A stretch of DNA of 63,159 bases, filler included, from Octopus bimaculoides (GCF_001194135.2; 7 parts of 7 records of this genome joined end to end with filler, not necessarily neighbours in it); one strand, 5' to 3'. Shown: positions 11,512-22,981, counted from the whole stretch's first letter. The notes: a model not told the origin generated them from the sequence alone. Numbers and translations: made by a program.

Positions 11512-13082
11512 GTGTGTGAGAGAGAGACACACACACAGAGAAAGAGTAAGAGAGAGACCCAGTGATAGAGACGTAGTCATTAACACGAAGGAAATTAAAA
11601 GAGAGCCTACATTTCACTAATTATATACCGCTCAGTCGTAGCTATAAAACAGTTGAAAGCACTTTTATGACAGAAATTAGTAATAAAGTGTGAAAGAAAT
11701 GAAGCGAATAATAAGATATTCGTCCTCTCCAGTATAATTAAAAATACTCTCTAATGTAGTGGAATGGAGTAGCTCTTCGCTTATGGTCATTACAGAAAAT
11801 ATCAATAATATAAGAGTCGTATAGCTATAAACATAAAACGTCATACCTTGTTCTTCTTTATTAATTGAGTATATATCTTGGCTACCTTACAGCAGGTAAT
11901 AGGCAATATATTCCTTCCATGAATGTTGCAAATAATAAGTTTCTTTATAGAAAGGTAGGTAATTCAGTTTTTCAGCAGAAGCATGATTCAATATATATTT
12001 TATTGTGAAAAATAATATTCTTACTTCAGTTTCAGCTTTTTTGCCAAATTATAGACGTTTCTCGTAGAATTTTAGGCCGCTTGAAAAGTCGCAGTGCCCA
12101 ATGTTTCAAAGAAGGACAAAGGAAAATATAATTCATATATTGAGATATGTGGTTTTTCATAGTATTTAGAACGTCAGAAAGACTACGTGGTACACCCAAT
12201 TGAATGTCTACCAGATTTAACTTTCCTTGTCATTCTTTCGAGATCGACAAAGAAGGAAAAAAGAGCGAATATTAGCGATAGCGTAGTCTGATGAATGTGA
12301 TGTGTTGTTGTATTATTTCCTGGTTTTGATATTTATTGTGAGTATACCAAATAAGATTGTAATACCAAGCTCTAAGAGGCCTCATCTTCAAGATGGATTT
12401 AATTTGTTCTGTGAAGGGACATTTAAATGCAGCGCTGGGCCTCTATTAAGAAAACAAGCTTGTTAAACCCTAGTCTTTGAAAAAGAACATCTCAGGTGCA
12501 AATACATGACATCACGAGATCTGCAGGGACCCATGCAAATGACAAACGGCAGACACACAGAATAATAGGTAGAGAATATTTTTTTACGTATGTGTTTGTG
12601 CTATTATAACACAACAATCACATTGCTATCACCAGAACAAATTATTTCTCTTTTATGTTAGCTGTCTTTAGATTCAGCGATTTCTTATGGAAATATATTA
12701 TTTCTACTCGAAGGTATCCAAAGGCAAGAATACGGAACAAAGACATCAATTTCATTAAATATAATCGCGATTATTGTTTTCCCCACTTGATAATGAAAAT
12801 TACTGCCAAAGACATGGAGATTCGAACGTAGAACTATAAGACTGCCTTCAATGCTCTTCTCAATAGCGCCTTTATCATTTAACCATTGTTCACAAATAAG
12901 ATAAAGTACAATATTATACAGCGAATATTATAAGCTCAAATTAATGTAAGTTAAGGGAAAGTCTTTTAAGAACAGACAGAAAATTAAACTTACTGCAGAT
13001 ATGTTTCTGAAGATATCTGAGTTGGCATCACTAGCAAGATTAATTTTGTAACAAATTATAAAAACGAATTCGATGTCCTTAC

Positions 13083-13214
13083 CTTTGAAAAGTGGGTTAA
13101 TCCGCCATATACTAAGTGGCCCCTGACTAGCAAACTGGCCAAAGGCTAGCTCCAGATGGAAGAGAGGTAATCCCACAATGGCCAGCATTATTATGTATGG
13201 TATCAGAAATGTAC
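13083..13214 (-). CDS. SLC6: SLC6 transporter, next coding exon (TM2 region), glycine/proline-transporter-like
   Basis: Acceptor ctag| (AG at 13216-13215); 132 nt; donor AAAG|gtaagg (GT at 13082-13081). Splices in frame to the previous exon: [49 protein letters not shown]. This resembles PROT/GlyT2-type sequences (from recall, no search run). Confidence 0.93.
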
Positions 13215-14615
13215 CTAGCAAAGACAAAGAGAGAAATCAATAAATACAAACGAAATATTATCTACGAAATAAATAACACAATATTATATAAGTGAGAATT
13301 TGGCACGTAAATAATAAACGGTTTAGACACTGAACCATACAAAATAAATAAATAAACAGGTAATATATTTTAACTTTATGAAAATCTCTGAAACGAAATA
13401 TTATATTATAGATATGTGAGAATTTGTTTTTATTAGGAAGAACTGAAGGAGAAGCAGTGTCTCTGAAATTCATAGATCTACAGAGGCTTGTGATAATACT
13501 GGAGTTAAAGATTTCCTAAAACTGCTACAAGTCGATGCGCGCAGGAAAGCACATAGAGTTAGGCAATTCCAAATGACCGACAATTTTAGACATAAAGTTT
13601 ATAACAGTGTAGCCTTGTTGGTTACAATATGAAAAATGATGGGATGAGAGACGAGTAGGTTTGATTGACTGTAGATGGCATGAAACTAGCCATCATTGTA
13701 GTAGTCATAAAAAGTAATAAACGATTTGAAAATAAGTGGTTGAAGAGTGTCTGTGGATCTCTTCAATCATTCGTGTGATATTTCTCTTTGCATGTGGTCA
13801 CGAATGACTGCGACTGTTGTAGTAAAATCATCATTTATGGCAGGAGAGTGCTATATTGTTGATCATATATCGTAAAGGTGTTGTAGTGATGAGAGTTAAA
13901 TCCGTTGTTTGCTCGAAGAAGACATCAGGCTTTCATCTGCTTTCGGAGTTCTATTAGATGTGTGCATTGGCAAGTCGAGATCCTCAATGGTTGTGCGGTC
14001 TAATGTTTAGTGTGATCGCAACATCGCTATGACCGTAGGAAATGTCTTATTATAAACTGCATTGTTTCTAATAATATTTGTTGTTGAAGGAGATGATATT
14101 CGCATGATCCTATTGAAGACAATGCATATTAGATAGGAGGTGTCCAGGATCCTGTAATTAATGTCTGGTTGTCTGTTTACGAACTTTAACAAGGTAGAGA
14201 GCATTATCGTATCTGCTTGAGAATGGGTATTATTGAAGATGTTAGCAAGTAGGCCATTGATGATTAAGAAGAAGTGCGTAGGCATAAAACCGAAACATGG
14301 CGCACAGCAAATAATTGGAATGGGAATAAGAGCATATTTCATCAGCATACGCCGTTTTAATTTGATCTGATAGAAAGTTATCCACCCAGAATTTGATGGA
14401 CTGATACAGCCCACAGGCATCCGCCAAGAACATTCGCATGAAAATATCGTTGAAAGCGACAATGAATCTACCTACAAGCTTTGGAGGAATTCTATCTGGG
14501 GAAAGAATCCATGGGGATAGAAATAAAATAGGCCACAGGTGTATCTAGTTAGCACATTCTGTATTAATGCTCAGTAATATCTGATGTATACAAAAAAGTT
14601 GTAAATATCTTCCAT

Positions 14616-14901
14616 TAATACAGTTCTATATTTAAGAGATGAGGAATTATATACATTATTTACATTTGACGGATATTTGTCCTCATCTTGTTTGTTGTAA
14701 ACACATTTCGGTTGATAAACCCTCCAGCCTTCGTCAGGTGTCTTGGTGAAAGTTCGAACCTGGGTTCTCATTCTTAAGGTATTTTTCAATGTTGTTATTA
14801 TTATTATTATTACTGTTGTTGTTGTTATTCAGGTCACTGCCTGGAATCGAACTCGGAATCTTGGGGTTAGTAGTCCGTGCTCTTAACCACTACGCCATAT
14901 G
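14616..14901 (-). mobile_element. tRNA-Ser-headed hammerhead repeat (family H), copy 1, degenerate ribozyme core
   Basis: Reverse complement: catatggcgtagtggttaagagcacggactactaaccccaagattccgagttcgattccaggc..(taa)n..gacacctgacgaaggctggagggtttatcaaccgaaatgtg..aaatatagaactgtatta. Confidence 0.8.
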
Positions 14902-14941
14902 AAAATATTAGATTTATAAGATCTAAAATTCACTCCATAAT

Positions 14942-14982
14942 TGCGTAGTGGTCAAGATTCCGAGTTCGATTCCAAGCAGTGA

Positions 14983-15060
<78 letters not shown>

Positions 15061-15216
15061 CAACAACATCAAAAAATACCTTAGGGGTAAGAACCCAGCT
15101 CCGAAATTTCACCAAGACACCTGATGAAGGCTGGAGGGTATATCAGCCGAAACGTTGTGTTAACAACAAACAAGATGAGAACAAGTATACATCAAATGTA
15201 AATATTGTAAATAATG
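14942..15216 (+). mobile_element. Family H, copy 2 (internal head deletion, intact ribozyme core)
   Basis: gcgtagtggtcaag..attccgagttcgattcc..(aat)n..gacacCTGATGAaGGCTGgagggtatatCAGCCGAAAcgttgtgtt. Confidence 0.85.
15116..15161 (+). ncRNA. Minimal type I hammerhead ribozyme
   Basis: Helix I GACAC(15116-20)/GTGTT(15157-61); core CTGATGA(15121-27) plus extra A; helix II GGCTG/CAGCC; GAAA(15149-52); palindromic AACGTT helix III; predicted cleavage triplet GUU (15154-56). Confidence 0.75.
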
Positions 15217-16694
15217 TCTTTCATTAATTTTAATTTGCTGGAAATGAATACCACTGGACAATAACTGACGGGAATAAGAGCGATTGACTATTATGTTTCC
15301 ACTCATTGAGATATATATCCAGAAAGGAACTACCGAAGTCTCCGTGTTTTATGTTTGTGGCGAAGACCAAGTTATCATGTTTGACACGTGGATAAAAGAA
15401 TTACTCTACAAAGTTGAAAGAGATCTTCTAGACCAGAGAGCAAAAGCATTGGTATTATTATCAGAAGTGGTATAATTTGTGGACTGTCTAATGGTCAGGA
15501 ATATTCTCTGCGGTTCGTATAATAATTGGGCTAGATTTCCAATGCTGTCCTATTATTAGGGTTTCCTGGTTTTGCATAGTATTATAGGTTTCGATTCATT
15601 CTGGAACTGCTGGTGTAACGCTTTGAATGAACAACTTGTGGTGGTGGGGATAGGGATCTGAGATTTTATTCTTTCTTAGATGCGCAGTATATGTCTCTTG
15701 ATGGAAGTTTCAGCCGGTCGGCTACATGCTTTTCGAAGGGTCTCATATAAAGCAAAGAAATGCCATATACAGTTAGCACAGATATGGTGGTTATAGGACA
15801 TAAATTGCCACCAAATTGCGTTTGTTTATAATGTGGATCTATTTTTGGTGGTTGCAGTAAGACAGCGGTTGGATATCCCAATTGCTGCTGAGATAGTTAT
15901 AGTCCAGAAGGGAGGTTAATTTTGATGGTTCGAAAGTGATCAATGAAATGTGGAGGGTCTATGTGTCAGTCAGCTATCTGTGTATTGGGAGTGAATTGTT
16001 GAAGATGAAAAAACATATAGTATGTAAATGGTCACTTGGAAAATAACGTGATAGCGAATTAGTAATAGATAGTGTCAAACCAATTAACTTCTGTAGACAG
16101 GAAAAAACAAACGACAAACATAAATGATCTTTAATAATGAAATAGAAAAGTAGACATAACGGGGTAATCTGAACGAAAGAAACAATAGTTAATGAAATCA
16201 TAATAACCATAAATATTTGTTACTGTTATCGAAGTAGGAGATGTGGGTAGTAGAGTGATCGTTAGCAATATTAAGAGAGATGTTGAAATTTAGCGCCTAG
16301 CATGGGCTGAAGGATATCAGCCCAGGGCGGATATGTGGTCAGTGTAGTAGCAAGACATACTGGGGTTTGTTCCTGGTTGTTAGTTTAAAAGCCTTCGAAG
16401 GCTTTCGCAATTGGTATGGAGGTGTATGTACTTTCGTAGCGTATACGAGGAACGTTATTGGTGAGGTGTTCTCAAAGCGTACATCGTAAACCTGGTAGAA
16501 TTACTGGGAAATGCTACCTAAGAAGAGAACGTGCTATATAAGGGGACAGAGTCGTTTCTAAGTTTCTTTTACTTATGTTGAGACATCATCGTCAAAGAGT
16601 GAAGAGAGCAGCCATATATTTCCATATAATTCTTTTATTTTTAGTAAGGTAAAGTGAATAACAATTTTAACATCGTCATGCAAACTCGACTTAC

Positions 16695-16902
16695 CTCCGC
16701 CATTTTTATAGCACAAATACGGGAATCGCCAGACATTGGAAAGTCCCACTGCATATCCAACACATGTCATAAGAAACTCAGATTTGCCGCCCCATGTCAC
16801 TCTAGTACTTTCTTCTTCTTCTTCCTCAGCTGGAGGCGCTTGCTCTTCATCTTTACGAACAACATCAGCCTGAAAAAAGGAAACGTAAGCATTATTTTCC
16901 AT
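16695..16902 (-). CDS. SLC6: SLC6 Na+/Cl--dependent transporter, first visible coding exon (N-terminal tail + TM1)
   Basis: Translates ([11 protein letters not shown])[58 protein letters not shown], the diagnostic SLC6 TM1 motif. Phase-1 donor G|gtaagt with GT at 16694-16693. The 5' boundary is either the in-frame ATG at 16902 (context aacATGG) or the acceptor tttccttttttcag| with exon start at 16869. Confidence 0.93.
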
Positions 16903-16918
16903 GTTACATTATACATAT

Positions 16919-17133
16919 GTACATTATTTACATTATTTACATTTGATGGATATTTGTCCTCATCTTATTTGTTGTTGACACAACGTTTCGGCTGATATAC
17001 CCGCCAGCCTGATGAAGGCTGGAGGATATATCAACCGATACGTTGTGTTAACAACAAACAAGATGAGGACACATATCCGTCAAATATAAATAATGTACCT
17101 AATTCCTCATCTCTTAAATATAGAACTGTATTA
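16919..17133. mobile_element. Fold-back (inverted) pair of family H 3' halves joined at the ribozyme core
   Basis: Arms ~16919-17010 and 17016-17098 are reverse complements around ccagcct-gatga-aggctgg; the + arm continues to ..aaatatagaactgtatta. Confidence 0.85.
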
Positions 17134-17311
17134 CACGTATGTGTGACTATACGTGTGAGACAGAGGGAAGGTGAGTGAGTGAGACCGAGAGAGAGAGAGG
17201 GGGAAGAGAGAGTGATGAAGAGAGCATAAAAGCAATATTTCAAATATTTATTTCCTTCTGATCATTAAATGATTCTTACATAACATTGAAAGGAAAAAGT
17301 TACATATAAAA

Positions 17312-17492
17312 CTTTCTACTGGAGTCACAAGGCGGGGAGGAGACTAGTCGATTACATCGATTACAGTGTGCCATCGGTACTTAATTTATTGAGCACGATA
17401 AAATGAAGGGCAAAGTCGACCTCGGCAGAATTTGAACTCAGAACGTAGCGACGGCCGAAATACCGCTAAGCACTTCGTCCAGCACGCTAACT
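17312..17492 (-). mobile_element. SINE family B
   Basis: aaagtcgacctcggcagaatttgaactcagaacgtag..gaaataccgctaagca. Confidence 0.8.
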
Positions 17493-17780
17493 GTAATATA
17501 AATTAAAACTTTTTGATGAAATTTTACAAAATGGTTAAAAACAGCCAAAACCTCAACCATAAAGTGGTAAATCAGGAATAGAAAGAAAACCAAATTAAAA
17601 CAGAAAGAATGAAAAGAGAGATGCAAGAACAAGGCGGTGGGGGGGGGGACAAGAGTAAAAATAGAATCATGAGAAAGTAAAAATATATAAATAACAGTTA
17701 CAAAATAAAACACTAAAAATTACAATGCATAAAAAAAATTAAATGTGCAATAATATTAGTAGCTGCGCTACTATTATTAT

Positions 17781-17918
17781 TCCTTTTCTACTGAAGGTAC
17801 AAGTCGGGAAATTTTGGGGGAAGAAGCCTGTCGATTAGATCGACCCAGTACGCAACTAGTACTTAATATTACCGACCCCGAAAGGTTGAAAGTAAAAGTC
17901 GACCTCGGCGGAATTTGG
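17781..17918 (-). mobile_element. SINE family B, 3' part
   Basis: gaccccgaaagg..aaagtcgacctcggcggaattt. Confidence 0.75.
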
Positions 17919-19385
17919 ATATAAGGAATTATAGCCAAGCTTGATAATGGTTATTTTTCTTTCGAACATCAGTTCATATAATCCATAAGTAATTTCATAA
18001 CAATTATATTATAATTTTCCTGATATCATCTATAATATTACCATATTTCCTGATATTACATATGGCAGCCATTGTATATTCCAGAGTTAACTGCCATATA
18101 ACGAGTAGAACTCTAGTTTCAAATACATCGCCACGTTTACACAAATCGCAGTGGCTTTATTTGCTGCCCTGGCATGCATTTTCTTTCCACATACTGCGAC
18201 TGAAATCTCACAACGTTTGCCAATATCATGCCACGAAATTGAAATATTTGGATGTGTTATGTCTGCATTCCTTATTGGAAGAATTTTCGACATGTATTAA
18301 TTCGGATTACGCCAAGTACATTGGAAAATTTAGCCAAGAGCTATCTTCAATATTTGAAGAAGAAAAAAAAGGAACAAATCCGTGCAAATTTCACCGAAGT
18401 AGTATGGGTTTGGTATTAAATGCCATTCATGAATAAAAGGTTCTCGATAAATTGAACCTAGGGCTGAGAATATCCGTCAATCACTAAAATAGGCACGACT
18501 TCTGAAACCAACCAGATTGAAAGAGTTAACAACTTTCGTTTAACCGGCGGCCATTTAAACTGTATTACAAACAGACATATTCAATCATACGCAAACACTA
18601 ACGTTATGAAAGCTGTATACATATACCAAATATATAACTATAAGTGCTCACACACAAAACACGCACATACATATATATACATGCGTATGTATGTATACAC
18701 GTATATCCTTACATATATGTAGCGTGTGTGCATCTATGTATGTATGTGTGTGTGTGTGTATGCCTGTGTGTACATTCATTTATCACGTTCGGTCCATGGG
18801 GATATATTTCCTGTTAATTACTTGATAAAAATATATTTTGCTATACAATTTATTCATGATCGTATGAACTGAACATATAACGGTGTTGAGCAATAGTTGG
18901 ATATTTACATTATCAAATAATTTATTAGTGATCGTATTTTTATATTATGATTAAAAACACAAAATGGTGCTACTATATCAATATTAATGACATCTACTTC
19001 CTCTCCAAATCTTTATTGTTTACATATAATGGAATAATAATAGTATTGCAGATATCAAATACCGAGTCAGGCAACGTTATAATGTTATGAGAAAAACGAT
19101 ATACACCTATATACAGAGATCCAACTATATGTCCCCCGCCTGGGGTGTGTATCGAGAGAAACAGCTGTTAAGGCTTCGATGTAACCTACTGGCGTTCTAG
19201 AAATCCATGAATCATAATAGCGGACCACATTTATGAAACTGAACAGCTAATAGAAATCCGAAGAAAGATATTTATTCCATTTATTGAGAGCTGTTTCTTA
19301 ATACGTGCTAGTTAGATAAGTGACTCTACAAAATACATCACACGCATATATCAATAAATATACACACATAAATACATGTGGACAT

Positions 19386-19674
19386 GTTGTTGGCACTTCC
19401 GTCGCTTACGACGTCGAGTGTTCCAGTTGACCCGATCAACGGAACAGCCTGCTTGTGAAATTAACGTGCAAGTGGCTGAGCACTCCACAGACACGTGTAC
19501 CCTTAACGTAGTTCTCGGGGATGTTCAGCGTGACACAGTGTGACAAGGCTGACCCTTTGAATTATAGGCACAACAGAAACAGGAGGTAAGAGTGACAGCA
19601 GGGTTCGTCACCATCCCCTGGCGGAGCCTCGTGGAGCTTTAGGTGTTTTCGCTCAATAAATACACACAACGCCC
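19386..19674 (-). mobile_element. SINE family A (head lost in gap)
   Basis: Reverse complement of 45835-46115. Confidence 0.85.
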
Positions 19675-19725
19675 NNNNNNNNNNNNNNNNNNNNNNNNNN
19701 NNNNNNNNNNNNNNNNTAGATATAA

Positions 19726-19769
<44 letters not shown>

Positions 19770-20279
19770 AAACACCTATATATTTTAAATGCTGTAACAT
19801 AATGAACAGACATAACACATCTTGATTTTCTTCTTTTTTTTTTAAATATTAGTGATTTTATGATTTTACTGCATTATTTCTGAATTTTCCGTTTATCTAT
19901 TTATCCTCGCATTTTTAGTAAGCTGAATACAACGACATTCTAGTTTTTGTAACGAGTGAACTCTGCCAAATGTATACATTGTCTTTTCCTGTATACGGAA
20001 ACAAATTGCTAATGTATATCAAAGTCTGGTGTTTGCTTGCCATTATATGTTCATTCTGATGCATGTGTGTGTGTGTGTGTGTTTATGTGTGTGTACGAGT
20101 CTATGAATGTGTAAGAGACGGATGTTGCTGCCTCGCTTTTGTAACTAACACAAATTACGAAACAGCAGTCAACAAACTTAATTAACATGTATCCTTTCAC
20201 TTCTCTTTACTGGTCTATATAATCATCATCATTATTATTATTATTATTATCATTATTACTATTACTATTATCTTTGTGT

Positions 20280-20717
20280 TTTGCTTCAGTCAGTGATGGC
20301 ACAGCAGCCATGTTGGGGCACCACCTTGAAATGTTTGGGCCGAATATACAACGACCAGTACTTATATTTTTCAATTTGACCCTTATCATACTAGTTTCTT
20401 TGGCTGAAAAGCTAAGTTACGAGGACATGAATGAACCAACACAAGTTATCAAGTAACGAGAGGGGGGAAAAAAGCGCAAAGACACACACACATACACATG
20501 CATACTACATAATTACAAATGCACTACTCCTCATATATGTATGTACGTATGTATCATAGGATTTCACACAGTTTAATCTATCAATTTCACTCACAAACTA
20601 CCGATCGTCTCAGGGCTATAACAGACGACACTTGCATAAGTGCCACGCAATGTAACTGAGCCTGCCAGCAAATGTTTACAAAGTTATTTTCTGAACCGCA
20701 CAGCCATTTCTGCGCCT
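20280..20717 (-). mobile_element. SINE family C, old copy
   Basis: Degenerate tail (gccatgttggggcaccacc), core (gggctataacagacgacacttgc) and head. Confidence 0.65.
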
Positions 20718-21169
20718 GTATAAACGTTTTAGGTTATTATCCACCGTATCGAATTTGCTGCCAGTATTCAGTTTATATAACTAGGTAAATATTATACATT
20801 GGTAGGTTTCTTACAACCAAAAAAATCTTATTATTTGCATTTCTGATATTTCACAGGTGATGAGTTTTCCACCAAACCACCATCTGGTCAAATGAAGATC
20901 TTGGAGAGACCATTACAGATTTAGAATATAAATAATCATGAAACAAATTTTCTTTTCCTTGTAAATAACAAGCTGCCTTGTAGTATTCAGATGAGATTGC
21001 GTATCATATTTATTTCTTGCAAGGAAAAAATAGAAAACAAAATCATTTATTAAAAACAAAATGTCGGAATGTCATATGTTTATATGATTTATCATTGTTT
21101 GAATTCAATATGAATTTCGGATGTGTATTGTACATTGTACATTATCTTCGTGTTTCAGTTTTCCAACCA

Positions 21170-21173
21170 GCAT

Positions 21174-21214
<41 letters not shown>

Positions 21215-21270
21215 ATACCACCACCACCACCACCACCACAACCACCACCACTATTGCTGCTGTTGCTGTT
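21170..21270. repeat. (CTA)n(CCA)n microsatellite
   Basis: Direct reading. Confidence 0.9.
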
Positions 21271-21791
21271 CCGAGCGCAGCTGCTACTCCCCTTCTTCCT
21301 CCTTGCTACAACGAATAGAATCGTTTGTGCTGGAGATGCATTGAGTCAGAACCCGAGGCTTTGTTGAATTTTGTTGTAAAATATTTTTTTCTTTACAGTT
21401 GCAAATTTTTGTTAAAACTCTGATTAAGTACCCCTTCTTCACTGGCTGAAGTGAGGTACTATAGAATTGTGTCTGACGAGTACAAGTTTTGAAATATCTT
21501 ATTTTCTCTTACGTGTTTATTTATCTTAATCCGAATTATGGTGTCAGCATGGCCTACTATGCTATTCAGCGTGATGGTTGCGGGTAGAATGATACATACC
21601 ACAGACAATTTCATACGAAACTTTAAACTCTCCCTCCGTTCCGTTCTAATACGACTGCTGCGAAGGATAACAGTAGGAATTAGTCCCTGCATGTAAACTA
21701 CAACAAAACCTGAAATAACTGATTCAGCTATAATGGTAATAGTAATAGAGTAATCGCAGCGAGTTTAACACCAACAACAGCAAAAAAACTT

Positions 21792-21985
21792 GTAACGACC
21801 TCTGCAGTAACAACAACAGCAACAACATGTGTAAGGATGTCTACAGTAACAACAACAGCAACAAAATTTGTAAGGATGTCTACAGTAACAACAACAGCAA
21901 CACAATTTGTAAGGATGTCTACAGTAACAACAACAGCAACAACATTTCTAAGGATGTCTACAGTAACAACAACAGAAACAGTGAG
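21792..21985. repeat. 39-nt minisatellite, ~5 copies
   Basis: Unit gtaaggatgtctacagtaacaacaacagcaacaaaattt. Confidence 0.9.
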
Positions 21986-22981
21986 AAGAAATAGATATAA
22001 GAACAGTAAGAAAAACAACAAAGGCAATGACACCATCAGCGACACCAGCAACATCAACTACGGAGACAGCAATACAACAGCAGCAGTAGCAGCAACAACA
22101 ACAACCACAACAACCACAACAACAACCATAACAACAACAACAGCATCATTGACAGCAACCCCACGGATAACAATGGCAGCAGCACCAGAAGAATAACAGC
22201 AATTAAAATTTAATTGGCGTTCAGTTGTTGCATGGGTAGGTAATATTTTCCTAGAATGGCGGCGAAGTCAATGTAATAATTCTCGCTCTCCTAAATAACA
22301 AAGACGCACGTCAGAGAAGCTGCACGATTTGTGAAGAGGTTTTGAGCAGCAACTACCAGGAGAACGGAGATGTATTGCTGTGGGCCGACAAAATACTTGA
22401 CGCTAAGAACCAGTAACACAATCTCTACATGAAGAATCCTTAAAAAATCGAGGGACAGATATAGAAACTGTGGGCAGGGCAAGGCTGTTAAGAGCGTGAA
22501 GGTTCTCTCCACGTGCAAGGCTCTCACGCTGAAACGTGTAGCTCTTATAGTTGCCAGGAAAATCTCCAACTAGCAAATACGTTTAAGGAAAAGCTCGTAT
22601 CGTATTAACAAAGAGATGATAATAATTCCACATGGATTGGACATCTGATGGATCTTCGTCTGTGGCACGCACTTTGATGTGAAACGTTCAAAGAGGAAGT
22701 TTTGCTTCGGAACATCAGGGAAGATCCTCTGCCAGTTTAAGACAGCGATTAAAGGGGGCGGGAAGAACCTAGCTCTTATCCACCAGCCAAATAGAAACGA
22801 AAATCGTACTACAGATGGAAGAGGCAGAAGTTTAGCCTGTCAAATGTATGTAAATGAAGGTCACGTAAATCTGTCTTCAAAAAAATACAGGAGAATGGAG
22901 TTCCCAGCTTCTGCCGGTACAACAATCTGAACAACGGAAACAACTTGCATCAGTAAGAACAACAGTAAGAGTGTCAGTATC

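Larger units (their letters stand above)
13600..16560 (-). mobile_element. Unidentified old strand-biased element(s), interrupted by the 14616-15216 inverted pair
   Basis: Non-microsatellite, G/T-rich on + and A/C-rich on -; 151-aa minus ORF at 14007-14462 with no motif I recognise. Confidence 0.3.

Noticed and set aside
12300-12375. Minus-strand AWYYNLIW resembling the SLC6 TM3 YYN motif
   Set aside because: Flanking residues are not hydrophobic or TM3-like and there are no compatible splice sites.
16545-16610. Possible hammerhead on the minus strand (tgacgatga..taagt/actta-gaaacg)
   Set aside because: The core is not adjacent to the helix and too many mismatches are needed.
18100-18330. 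Hydrophobic + frame ATFTQIAVALFAALACIFF...LIGRIFDMY* (MFS-like)
   Set aside because: Bounded by stops with no start or splice support; the similarity is too weak to call.
21792-21985. CRISPR-like array
   Set aside because: Tandem units without unique spacers in a eukaryotic context.
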